Source: Pseudomonadota bacterium (lineage in GTDB: Bacteria > Pseudomonadota > Alphaproteobacteria > Rhizobiales > Hyphomicrobiaceae). From it: a stretch of 32,000 nucleotides of DNA. A model generated the notes under the pieces. The model was given only the letters and a program-made list of their open reading frames with translations. It had not been told where the DNA came from and did no database searches. How positions within the stretch are numbered: the first letter of the stretch is position 1; the number at the start of each line of letters is the position of its first letter. Positions 8,481-16,428 of the stretch are shown here, in pieces. Both the position numbers and the translations under genes were made by a program. The stretch spans positions 8,235 through 40,234 of the forward strand of contig JBJOGJ010000005.1 of the NCBI GenBank assembly GCA_046048295.1. Direction: 5' to 3'.

Positions 8481-9259
8481 GCCGCATCGAAAACATTTCA
8501 GAAGACGTGCTGGTGCTAACGGATCTCGTTCCCGTCGACGGTCGCGTCAACTGGCTACCGGCCGACGCCGAGGGCGTCGAGCCGCACAACAAGTATGTCA
8601 TCCAATCCAAGGAAGCGGTTCTGGTGATAGATACCGGCGTTGCCGCACACGAGGAAAGCTTCCTTCGGACGCTCGGAGAAGTCGCACAGGGACGCCAGGT
8701 CGTCGTACTGACAACCCGCAACGAGCTCATTTGCTCAGGCAACCTGGGAGCCATCATCGATACCTTCCCGGACGTCTTCGTCGTCAGTCCCAACGGCTTG
8801 CCACCTGTCGGCCTCGTTCACCTCAAGAATGCGCACCGCGAGGATATCAGGACCTACAGACCCCAGCACAAGGAGCACCTATCGGTCGCTGGTTTCGAGC
8901 GCCTGGAGATCGTCACCCCGGTCATCCGGATTCTCAACACCGGTTGGGTCTTCGACCATGAGACGAAAACCCTGTTTACCTCTGATTTCTTCGGTGCCGA
9001 CATGATGTCCACCTCGAACGATACGGCAATCCGCCGCGATGGCAGCGGCCTGCCCTCACGCGACTTCATCAGAAGATGCATCCTGGCGAAATTCGACTGG
9101 TTGGAACGGGCACAGACAAAGGTGCTCGAACAGCGGTGGGAAGAGCTTTTCGAAACCTATCAGCCGGAGGTCATTGCGCCGGCACATGGCCGGGTCCAGT
9201 TCGGACGCCAGTTGGTGAGGCAGGCAATCTCCGACTATAGGACCGCTGCGTTCGGTTAG
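8477..9259 (+). CDS. Degenerate paralogue of the preceding MBL/di-iron-core-like protein (most metal ligands lost)
   Basis: Same architecture: VLVIDTG, TLFTSDFFG and VIAPAHG are conserved. The ligand motif reads LTTRNELICSGN (His to Arg, His to Cys) and the middle His is Arg (VIRIL). The start overlaps the upstream stop as ATGA (8477-8480). Confidence 0.65.
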   Translation: MSRIENISEDVLVLTDLVPVDGRVNWLPADAEGVEPHNKYVIQSKEAVLVIDTGVAAHEESFLRTLGEVAQGRQVVVLTTRNELICSGNLGAIIDTFPDVFVVSPNGLPPVGLVHLKNAHREDIRTYRPQHKEHLSVAGFERLEIVTPVIRILNTGWVFDHETKTLFTSDFFGADMMSTSNDTAIRRDGSGLPSRDFIRRCILAKFDWLERAQTKVLEQRWEELFETYQPEVIAPAHGRVQFGRQLVRQAISDYRTAAFG

Positions 9260-9282
9260 GTAGGGCGCGAAATGCGCCTACC
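9259..9282. terminator. GC hairpin between convergent genes (possible bidirectional terminator)
   Basis: ggtagg(g)cgc - gaaat - gcgcctacc, 9 bp with one bulge. It spans both stop codons (TAG 9257-9259, CTA 9278-9280). No U-tract. Confidence 0.35.
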
Positions 9283-10393
9283 TGTGCCAACGGCGCAGCT
9301 CCATCGCTGCCTCTACGCGACCGCGCGCCAGCCGGCTTGCTGCAGTACGCGGCTCCCCCCCCTCTCTTCGTGCAAGTTCGAGAGTTTCCCGCGTATTGCT
9401 CGAAACCTTCTCGCGCACGGTTGCCAACGCCTGCTGCTCCGTACCTCCGTGATATTCGACTGACGCAGTTATAACTCCTCCCGCATTGGCTATAAAATCC
9501 GGCACGTTGATTATCCCCGCCTCGTGCATGGCGCGCTCCGCAGCGGCAGTCGCCGGAATGTTGGCTCCCTGTATGACCAGTCTCGCCTTGAGCTTCCCGA
9601 CGTTGGCTTCATTGATGACATCAGGTCGGGCAGCCGGAATCCAGATATCGCAATCGACCCCGATGAGATCCTCGCTCTCAATCGTCTGCGCCCGCTCGTA
9701 CTCTGTCACCAGACCGCCTCGAGCCTTGATGGCGTGTAGGGTCGGAATATCTATGCCATCGGCGGAATGGATTGCACCTCGACTGTCGGAGGCCGCCACG
9801 AGGCGACAGCCCTTCTCCGCCAGAAAACGCGCAGCATGGTAGCCAACCGCTCCGAAACCTTGCACGGCAACACGTGCCCCAGCCAGTTGCATGTTGACGA
9901 ATTCGCCCGCGACCTCCGCGGCAACGGCAACCCCGAGACCGGTCGCGCCGATCTCATCGAGCGGAATCCCACCGAACTCACGCGGAAGGCCGACGGCACG
10001 GCCGATTTCGTCCCAGACCCATGCCATGGCTCTCTCGTTGGTCCCCATGTCCGGCCCAGGAATATAATCCGAAAGCGTCTCGATTGACGTGGCAAAAGCC
10101 CGTACCAATAATTCCTTCTGGGCCACCGGCATGCCGGGATCGGCAAAAATCACCGACTTGGCTCCTCCATGGGGAAGACCTGCAGCGGCATTCTTGAGCG
10201 TCATCGCCCTCGCAAGTCGAAAACATTCCTCGAGCGATACGTCGGGCGCCATACGTGTGCCGCCGATCGCCGGCCCGGCGGCGACATTGTCGACAACGAC
10301 GATTGCTTTAAGACCTATGCCTGGCTCATGGATGTGAAGGATACGCGCCGGCCCCAGGTCGTCATTGAAACGGAATGCGTCGCTCATCGCCAT
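9278..10393 (-). CDS. Glu/Leu/Phe/Val dehydrogenase family amino-acid dehydrogenase (short form, 371 aa)
   Basis: N-terminal substrate domain: GPAIGGTRM...MTLKNAAAGLPHGGAKSVI (catalytic Lys region). Rossmann motif: VAVQGFGAVGYHAARFL. C-terminal NAGGV. Confidence 0.85.
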   Translation of the reverse strand: MAMSDAFRFNDDLGPARILHIHEPGIGLKAIVVVDNVAAGPAIGGTRMAPDVSLEECFRLARAMTLKNAAAGLPHGGAKSVIFADPGMPVAQKELLVRAFATSIETLSDYIPGPDMGTNERAMAWVWDEIGRAVGLPREFGGIPLDEIGATGLGVAVAAEVAGEFVNMQLAGARVAVQGFGAVGYHAARFLAEKGCRLVAASDSRGAIHSADGIDIPTLHAIKARGGLVTEYERAQTIESEDLIGVDCDIWIPAARPDVINEANVGKLKARLVIQGANIPATAAAERAMHEAGIINVPDFIANAGGVITASVEYHGGTEQQALATVREKVSSNTRETLELARREGGEPRTAASRLARGRVEAAMELRRWHR

Positions 10394-10554
10394 TAGTCTC
10401 CTGGTTCGAAACCACTCTTGGATATGTAGCTGAACCGGTTCTTTGCCAAGATCTTGGCGAACACCACTTGATGAATGTCAACGCGTGGAACCTGGAGGCC
10501 GCGCTACTCATTAACTCCGAAGATTTCGAGGCTGCGCCAGGCCGGAGCGTAATC

Positions 10555-10737
10555 ATGAAAGCAACAGAAATTCACGTTTTTGCACGACAGCTCAGGAATG
10601 CCCACGGAGACAAGGCGATCGCAGAAGCCGCACAGAAGGCGACATCTTTCGAAAGTGCCGGGAACATCGAGCAGGCCCGGATCTGGCGCCGCGTAGAAGC
10701 AGCGCTGAAGCAGATGCAGGGCCCGCGCGAAAGCTGA
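10555..10737 (+). CDS. Small hypothetical protein (60 aa); I think I recall similar small ORFs in alphaproteobacteria but cannot verify this
   Basis: MKATEIHVFARQLRNAHGDKAIAEAAQKATSFESAGNIEQARIWRRVEAALKQMQGPRES; GGAG lies 9 nt upstream. The longer ORF from 10375 overlaps the divergent dehydrogenase start and is rejected. Confidence 0.55.
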   Translation: MKATEIHVFARQLRNAHGDKAIAEAAQKATSFESAGNIEQARIWRRVEAALKQMQGPRES

Positions 10738-10751
10738 TCTCCGTGCCCGCC

Positions 10752-11474
10752 CTAAAGTCCTCTCACGAGGGCGAGCAGGGTACCGGCATATTCAGATGCC
10801 GTCGCAAGCGGCACTTCCGAAGCATGTCGCTGGTAGAGCTTTATGGTCTCGAGGTTGACGCGCGGCCTGCCTGCCAACTCCTTCAGGAAAGCATCAGCCT
10901 CTCGAGCGAAGTCCGCTGCCGGCAGGACGCGGCTCGCAAGCCCGAACATGACCGCCTCCTGCGCGGAAATCTCCGACCCGGAATATATGAGGTAGGAAAG
11001 TGCTTTCGCGGGAACTTTCTTCAGCACCGCAGACATCGCGAGTGTAGGCGGAATGTTGTGCTTGATTTCTGGAAAAGAGAAACGAGCCGCATCAGAAGCG
11101 AGCGTGATGTCGGCACCGCCGCCAAGGGCCGAGCCGAAGCCGATTGCAGGACCATGGACCAGCGCCACAACCGGAATTGGACAGGCGTTGATGGCATCGT
11201 AGACTCCCAGCACCGCACCCATTTGCTGCACACGCACATCGTGCGGCGTCATCCCCTCGCGGCTCTCGCCTTTGCCGTCCCGCCCCTTGCAGAAGTACTC
11301 CCCCCGGCCCTCGATGGCGATCACGTTGATGTCGGCATTCCGGCCGAGATCGCCTATGAGGCCCGTTAGGCTCACCATCATCGGCCGACTGATCATATTG
11401 CCTTCGTCGGGGCGGTTTATGTCGATGCGCGCGACCTTGCCATCCGTCTTGACGATGTATTCGTGGTTTTCCAT
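10752..11474 (-). CDS. Enoyl-CoA hydratase/isomerase (crotonase) superfamily protein
   Basis: Oxyanion-hole and catalytic regions: VIAIEGRGEYFCKG, VVALVHGPAIGFGSALGGGADITLASDAARFSFPEIKHNI, SGSEISAQEAVMFGL. AAGGAA RBS. Starts 20 nt after the upstream stop. Confidence 0.85.
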   Translation of the reverse strand: MENHEYIVKTDGKVARIDINRPDEGNMISRPMMVSLTGLIGDLGRNADINVIAIEGRGEYFCKGRDGKGESREGMTPHDVRVQQMGAVLGVYDAINACPIPVVALVHGPAIGFGSALGGGADITLASDAARFSFPEIKHNIPPTLAMSAVLKKVPAKALSYLIYSGSEISAQEAVMFGLASRVLPAADFAREADAFLKELAGRPRVNLETIKLYQRHASEVPLATASEYAGTLLALVRGL

Positions 11475-11494
11475 CGGACTTGTTCCTTGATACT

Positions 11495-13834
11495 TCAGGA
11501 TTTCTCACTTCGGGCTTTGGCAATGAGCTCGACAACACGATCGGGAAGAATCGGAGTTTCCGATATCCGGACACCGAAGGGACTGAGTGCATCCTCGACC
11601 GCGCCGACGATCGCTGCGATGGAGGCTATCGTACCGCCTTCACCTGCCCCCTTCACGCCCAGCGGATTCAACGGTGAAGGCGTCTCCATGTGATGGAGCT
11701 CGACGCGTGGCACATCCGGCGCAATCGGCAGGAGATATTCGGCAAAAGTCGTGGTAACTGGCTGACCATCGTCGCTGTGCCGGAGCCGTTCGAAAAGAGC
11801 ATTTCCGACACCATGCGCGACACCTCCAACGACCTGCCCCTCGACAATCTTAGGATTGATGGCTCGACCGCAGTCGTGGTTGACGACGAAGCGCAAGATC
11901 TTGATGTGCCCCGTCTCGATGTCCACCTCAACCTCGGCGACATGCGCGCTGTTGGAATAAGTGGACTGGTCGGGACGGAAGTGAGCGGTTGCCTCGAGTC
12001 CCGGCTCATAGTCCGTACGCATGGCATATCCGTACATCCCGACCGAATGAACGGCGACTTCACGCAGGCTCTTGCGCAGCCCGGGCGCACCTTTCACCTG
12101 GACGTTCCCATCGACTAGTTCGAGATCAGACGCGTCGGCCTCAAGGAGATCCGAGGCCACCTTCCTGATCTTCTCGCCAAGCTCGATCGCGGCAACATGT
12201 ACCGACGACCCGGCATTGACTGCCGTGCGGGCGGCAAACGTGCCGATCCCGAGCCCGGTCGCCGCGCTGTCGCCCGTTACGACATTTATGTCTTCGTAGG
12301 AGACGCCGAGTTGGTCAGCGGCAATCTGGGCAAGGGTCGTGTGGTGCGACTGACCCTGGGGCGTCGCCCCCGTGTAGAGCGTGATCTTGCCGGTCGTGGA
12401 AACGCGAAGGGTCGCACTTTCATAAGGTCCAAGCCCCGTAGCCTCGACGGCACTCGAGATCCCGACACCGATGTAGCGGCCGCGCTTGAGCGCCTCAGCC
12501 TGGCGGACAGAAAATTCTTTGTACCCTGCCGCTTCCAGAGCTTTTTCCTGGCAGGACGGATAATCCCCGCTGTCATATGTCACTGGGCGGCCGTCACGGA
12601 AAACGAGCCCGACTTTGTAAGGCATCTGCTCGGGCTTGACGAAGTTGCGGCGACGCACTTCGGCTCGGTCGATCCCGAGCTTCGAAGCAACAAGGTCCAT
12701 CATGCGCTCCATGGCGAACACCGCCTGCGGCCGGCCGGCACCGCGTACCGGGGTACACTGGATCTTGTTGGTATAGACGACGACGAGATCCATGGAGTAG
12801 GCCGGCAACAGATAGGGCCCCGGCACGGTCGTCGCTGCGATCCAAGGCAGCACGAGCCCCCAGGGGAGGTAGGCGCCGGCATCGTGGACAAGGCGACCAC
12901 GAAGACCGCGGAGACGTCCATCAGCCTCGACAGCAATCTCCAAGTCCCAATACTGGTCGCGCTCCTGATGGGTCGCCAGGAAGTTCTCGCGCCGATCCTC
13001 GATCCATTTCACCGGCCGGCCAAGTTTCATGCTGGCAACAGCGGCTACGGCATACTCAGGGTAGAACGCGCCCTTGGGCCCGAAGCCACCACCGACGTCC
13101 TGGGTAATGACTCGAACCTGGTGATCCGCGAGGTCGAGAACATCGAGGTAGGCGCGCTTGATTCTGTGCGAGCCCTGCGTCGATGCGTAGACCGTGAGCT
13201 GATCGATATTGCGATCATAATTCGCCAGTACACCGCGGCACTCGATGAAGAAAGGTCCGCCACGATGCTGGAAGAGCCGTTCCGAGAAGACGTAAGGCGC
13301 GTCGCGGAAGGCAGCTTCGATGTCACCCGCCGCTATCGGCACGCGCGCCGCGATATTATCGCCATTGCCGGCGTGGGCGACGGGAGCACGCACGTCCAGC
13401 CCGGAAAGGCAGTCGCTGACCGCGGGCAGGACATCGTAGTCGACATCGACAAGAGCGACGGCATCCTCTGCGATATGGCGCGTATCCGCTATGACCGCTG
13501 CAACCGGCTCGCCCACATAGCAAACCTCGTCGCGAGCCAGTGCGTAGGGAACGTGGAGCTGCTTGATGGCCGCGGGCGCGACGTACAATGGAAGCGGATT
13601 GCTGCGCATGGCTTCCGGTAAATCGGCGAACACGATAATGTCGTGCACGCCTGGAAGCGCTCTTGCCGCGGCAACGTCAATGGACAAGAGCTTGGCATGA
13701 GCGTGCGGACTTCGGACAAAAGCAACAGCCAGTGTGCCTGGCAGCTTGATGTCGTCGACGTAGCGGCCGTTACCGGTGAGAAGTGACGGATCCTCCTTGC
13801 GCAGGACACTCGCGCCGAACCAACGAGCCCCCAT
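11495..13834 (-). CDS. Xanthine dehydrogenase/aldehyde oxidase/CoxL-family molybdopterin-binding large subunit
   Basis: N-terminus: MGARWFGASVLRKEDPSLLTGNGRYVDDIKLPGTLAVAFVRSPHAHAKL. Active-site loop: CTPVRGAGRPQAVFAMER. C-terminal motif: NPLGVKGAGEGG. GGAGG lies 7 nt before ATG 13834, so the longer ORF from 13897 is trimmed. No 2Fe-2S domain is fused. Confidence 0.9.
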   Translation of the reverse strand: MGARWFGASVLRKEDPSLLTGNGRYVDDIKLPGTLAVAFVRSPHAHAKLLSIDVAAARALPGVHDIIVFADLPEAMRSNPLPLYVAPAAIKQLHVPYALARDEVCYVGEPVAAVIADTRHIAEDAVALVDVDYDVLPAVSDCLSGLDVRAPVAHAGNGDNIAARVPIAAGDIEAAFRDAPYVFSERLFQHRGGPFFIECRGVLANYDRNIDQLTVYASTQGSHRIKRAYLDVLDLADHQVRVITQDVGGGFGPKGAFYPEYAVAAVASMKLGRPVKWIEDRRENFLATHQERDQYWDLEIAVEADGRLRGLRGRLVHDAGAYLPWGLVLPWIAATTVPGPYLLPAYSMDLVVVYTNKIQCTPVRGAGRPQAVFAMERMMDLVASKLGIDRAEVRRRNFVKPEQMPYKVGLVFRDGRPVTYDSGDYPSCQEKALEAAGYKEFSVRQAEALKRGRYIGVGISSAVEATGLGPYESATLRVSTTGKITLYTGATPQGQSHHTTLAQIAADQLGVSYEDINVVTGDSAATGLGIGTFAARTAVNAGSSVHVAAIELGEKIRKVASDLLEADASDLELVDGNVQVKGAPGLRKSLREVAVHSVGMYGYAMRTDYEPGLEATAHFRPDQSTYSNSAHVAEVEVDIETGHIKILRFVVNHDCGRAINPKIVEGQVVGGVAHGVGNALFERLRHSDDGQPVTTTFAEYLLPIAPDVPRVELHHMETPSPLNPLGVKGAGEGGTIASIAAIVGAVEDALSPFGVRISETPILPDRVVELIAKARSEKS

Positions 13835-14080
13835 CAATAGGCCTCCCGGCATTTGCGTTCGTGGAATTCGCCGGAGCCCACCCTCCAGGTGAGGCAATGG
13901 TATGAGCTATGACCGCCTAATGGTTGATCGGCCACCCTTCGAAACTGCATTTCCTCACCCCGACGTTTGCTTCTTTGCCGCAATAACTTGCACGATTTGA
14001 CAGCCGCGATCCAGTACCATGCCAACCGATTTACTTGGGATGAGCCGGCAGCTAGTGTGCGCCGAAGCCAGGGGGATTCC

Positions 14081-14728
14081 ATGTTCTATGACGCAGTGAA
14101 GAACGACCACGGTCTCAAGTATGATCCAGTCAAGGCACTGGTCTGTCCGCGACCGATCGGCTGGGTTTCGACGCTGAGCAGCACGGGCGTCGCAAATCTT
14201 GCCCCCTACAGCTTCTTCAACATGGTCGCGGAGAAACCTGCCTACGTCTTCTTCTCGTCGAGCGGCTCGAAAGATAGTTGGCGCAACGCCGAGGCAACCG
14301 GCGAGTTCGTATTCTCCCTGGCCACCTACGAATTGCGGGACAGGATGAACATGACCGCGGCGGTCGTGCCACCAGAAGTAAGCGAATTCGAGCTTGCGGG
14401 ACTGACGCCAGCACCTTCCCACTTCGTGAAGCCGCCACGGGTCGCCGAAAGCCCTGCAGCCCTAGAATGCAGGTATTGGAAGACTGTGGAACTCCCAGAC
14501 CACGACGGCAAAGGCAAGCAACATGCCGTGGTCTTCGGACTGGTAGTCGGCATCCACATCGAGGAGCGGGCAATCAAGGACGGCATCATCGACACCGGCG
14601 CGCTCGGGCTCATAACCCGCCTCGGATACCGCGACTATGGCATTTTGCGCCCCGACGACGTCTTCACCATGGGCCAGCCGTATGTCGACGCCAACGGCAA
14701 TGTCGGGAAAAAACCTCCGCCGAAGTAG
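14081..14728 (+). CDS. Flavin reductase-like (FMN-binding split-barrel) protein
   Basis: RPIGWVSTLSSTGVANLAPYSFFN...VFSLATYELRDRMN...ESPAALECRY is typical of flavin reductase domain proteins. Start taken at ATG 14081 (MFYDAV...). Confidence 0.8.
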   Translation: MFYDAVKNDHGLKYDPVKALVCPRPIGWVSTLSSTGVANLAPYSFFNMVAEKPAYVFFSSSGSKDSWRNAEATGEFVFSLATYELRDRMNMTAAVVPPEVSEFELAGLTPAPSHFVKPPRVAESPAALECRYWKTVELPDHDGKGKQHAVVFGLVVGIHIEERAIKDGIIDTGALGLITRLGYRDYGILRPDDVFTMGQPYVDANGNVGKKPPPK

Positions 14729-14736
14729 GATCGTTC

Positions 14737-15876
14737 CTATGTCGAGAGGATGTTGATCGAACAAGCCCCGTGGTCCAGCCCGGCAATACCGCCACCGGTA
14801 CAGTGGGCAAGCGCGACCCTGGCCCCCTCCACCTGACGGGCACCAGCCTCCCCACGCAAGTGCCATACAAGCTCGACGAGTTGGGCGGCCCCGGTAGCTC
14901 CGACTGGATGGCCTTTGCATAGAAGGCCACCCGACGGGTTGACCGGGATGCGGCCGCCAAGGGATGTGGCGCCTGATTCAAGTAGCGCCGCAGCCTCGCC
15001 GCGCCCGCAAAAGCCGAAAGCCTCATAATAAAGGAATTCGGCAATGGTGAAGGCGTCGTGCAGTTCGGCAACGTCGATGTCATCGGGGCCGATCCCGGAT
15101 TCCTCGTAGATCTGTCTTGCCGCGCGCATGGTGATCTCAGGCGTGGTCATGTCTCGAAAACCGGTCTTGTAGAGCCCGGAATTGAGGACCGAGCCCTTGA
15201 CCCAGACGGGCTTCTTCGCGGCTTGCTTCACCTTCTCGGCGCTGCAGAGAACGAGGGCGGCTGCGCCATCGCCGGTCGGACAGCAGTGGAGAAGCGTGAA
15301 CGGATCGCAGATCGGCCGCGTGCTCATTACCTCATCAACCGTCACCTCATTCTGATACTGGGCAAAAGGATTGAGCGCCGCATGACGATGGGCCTTTACG
15401 GCGACCCCGGCCAGTTGCTCACGCGTGATGCCGTGCTCGTGCATGTAGCGGTTCGCCCGCATGGCATAGAGCGCCGGCATGGTCAGACCGATGGCAACGT
15501 CCCAGTCGTCCGGCTGTCCTGGCAAAACACCACCGCCGAGCGCCGTCAACTTGTCGACCCCGATGACGAGGGCAACATCCCATCGCCCATCCGCAATCGC
15601 CATGTAGGCCTCTCGGAAGGCTGTCCCACCTGACGAGCATGCATTTTCGCAATTGACAACTGGCAGCCCCAGCATGCCGAGAGGCCGCAGAACCCTTTGC
15701 CCGACGAGCCGGCCGGAATAGGCCGAACCAAAATAGGCGGCCTCGATGTCCCGGCGGTCGAAACCGGAATCCACTATTGCCGCCTTGACCACCGGCCAGC
15801 CCAGGTCCTGGACCGAGAGCTCAGGGTACTTCTTGATACGGCACATCGCGGCGCCGGCAATCGCAACGTCACGCAT
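14737..15876 (-). CDS. SCP-x/thiolase-like acetyl-CoA C-acyltransferase (nucleophilic Cys present)
   Basis: VVNCENACSSGGTAF (nucleophile motif), NPSGGLLCKGHPVGATG (His), AHCTGGG. The HDCF-type loop reads ELHDAF. ATG 15876 lies 8 nt after the DUF35 stop. Confidence 0.85.
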   Translation of the reverse strand: MRDVAIAGAAMCRIKKYPELSVQDLGWPVVKAAIVDSGFDRRDIEAAYFGSAYSGRLVGQRVLRPLGMLGLPVVNCENACSSGGTAFREAYMAIADGRWDVALVIGVDKLTALGGGVLPGQPDDWDVAIGLTMPALYAMRANRYMHEHGITREQLAGVAVKAHRHAALNPFAQYQNEVTVDEVMSTRPICDPFTLLHCCPTGDGAAALVLCSAEKVKQAAKKPVWVKGSVLNSGLYKTGFRDMTTPEITMRAARQIYEESGIGPDDIDVAELHDAFTIAEFLYYEAFGFCGRGEAAALLESGATSLGGRIPVNPSGGLLCKGHPVGATGAAQLVELVWHLRGEAGARQVEGARVALAHCTGGGIAGLDHGACSINILST

Positions 15877-15884
15877 GGACTGTT

Positions 15885-16292
15885 TCAATCCTGTTTCCGG
15901 AAGCAGTGACTGAGGACAGGCGTACCGTCCTCCTGACGGTAGATTTCCTTTACGTCCAGCTCGACAGTGCAACCTATGGGCGGCGGCGACGACGGATCGC
16001 AGGCAATCGGCGCAGAGACACGCACCCCTTCCTCAAGGTCGATATAGGCGATGACATAAGGCACCCTCCAGCCTTTGCGGGCAACATGAACGACCGTGAA
16101 GGAATAGAGCGTGCCGGTGCGGGGGAGTTGCACCTTTTCGATCTTCGTCGACCAGCACGATGGGCAAATCCCAGGCTTCGGGAAAACGACACTGCGGCAA
16201 TTGGTACATATGCCCCCAAACATGAAGGGCACATCCTCAACATAGGCGACGGAGCCCGGCAGGGCCCATGCCTCCGCAGCCTGTTCGTTCAT
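15885..16292 (-). CDS. DUF35 (OB-fold plus zinc-ribbon) thiolase-associated protein
   Basis: 4-Cys ribbon CTNCRSVVFPKPGICPSCWS followed by an OB-fold segment (GTLYSFTVVH...PYVIAYIDLEEGVRV). GGGAGGAG RBS before ATG 16292 (MNEQAA...). Confidence 0.85.
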   Translation of the reverse strand: MNEQAAEAWALPGSVAYVEDVPFMFGGICTNCRSVVFPKPGICPSCWSTKIEKVQLPRTGTLYSFTVVHVARKGWRVPYVIAYIDLEEGVRVSAPIACDPSSPPPIGCTVELDVKEIYRQEDGTPVLSHCFRKQD

Positions 16293-16428
16293 CGTTTCTC
16301 CTCCCGCCCGCAATTGCAGTCGAAAGTGGATACGATTATTCTCCCCTCGTCAATCGCGCGTGGATCAACCCGCGCGCTCCAAGAACAATCGAATGCGCGC
16401 CTCCGGAAGGCGTGCCGGAGGAAATTGC

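Noticed and set aside
12197-13621. 474-aa plus-strand ORF antisense to the Mo-hydroxylase gene
   Set aside because: The translation is Arg/Gly/Asp-rich with no recognisable motifs. The opposite strand encodes an unmistakable CoxL-family protein. Long antisense ORFs are expected at this GC content.
14011-14026. Sigma-54-like TGGCAT-N5-TGGA on the minus strand upstream of the Mo-hydroxylase operon
   Set aside because: The -12 element does not match TTGC. It lies about 190 nt from the start codon, and no enhancer-binding protein is encoded nearby.
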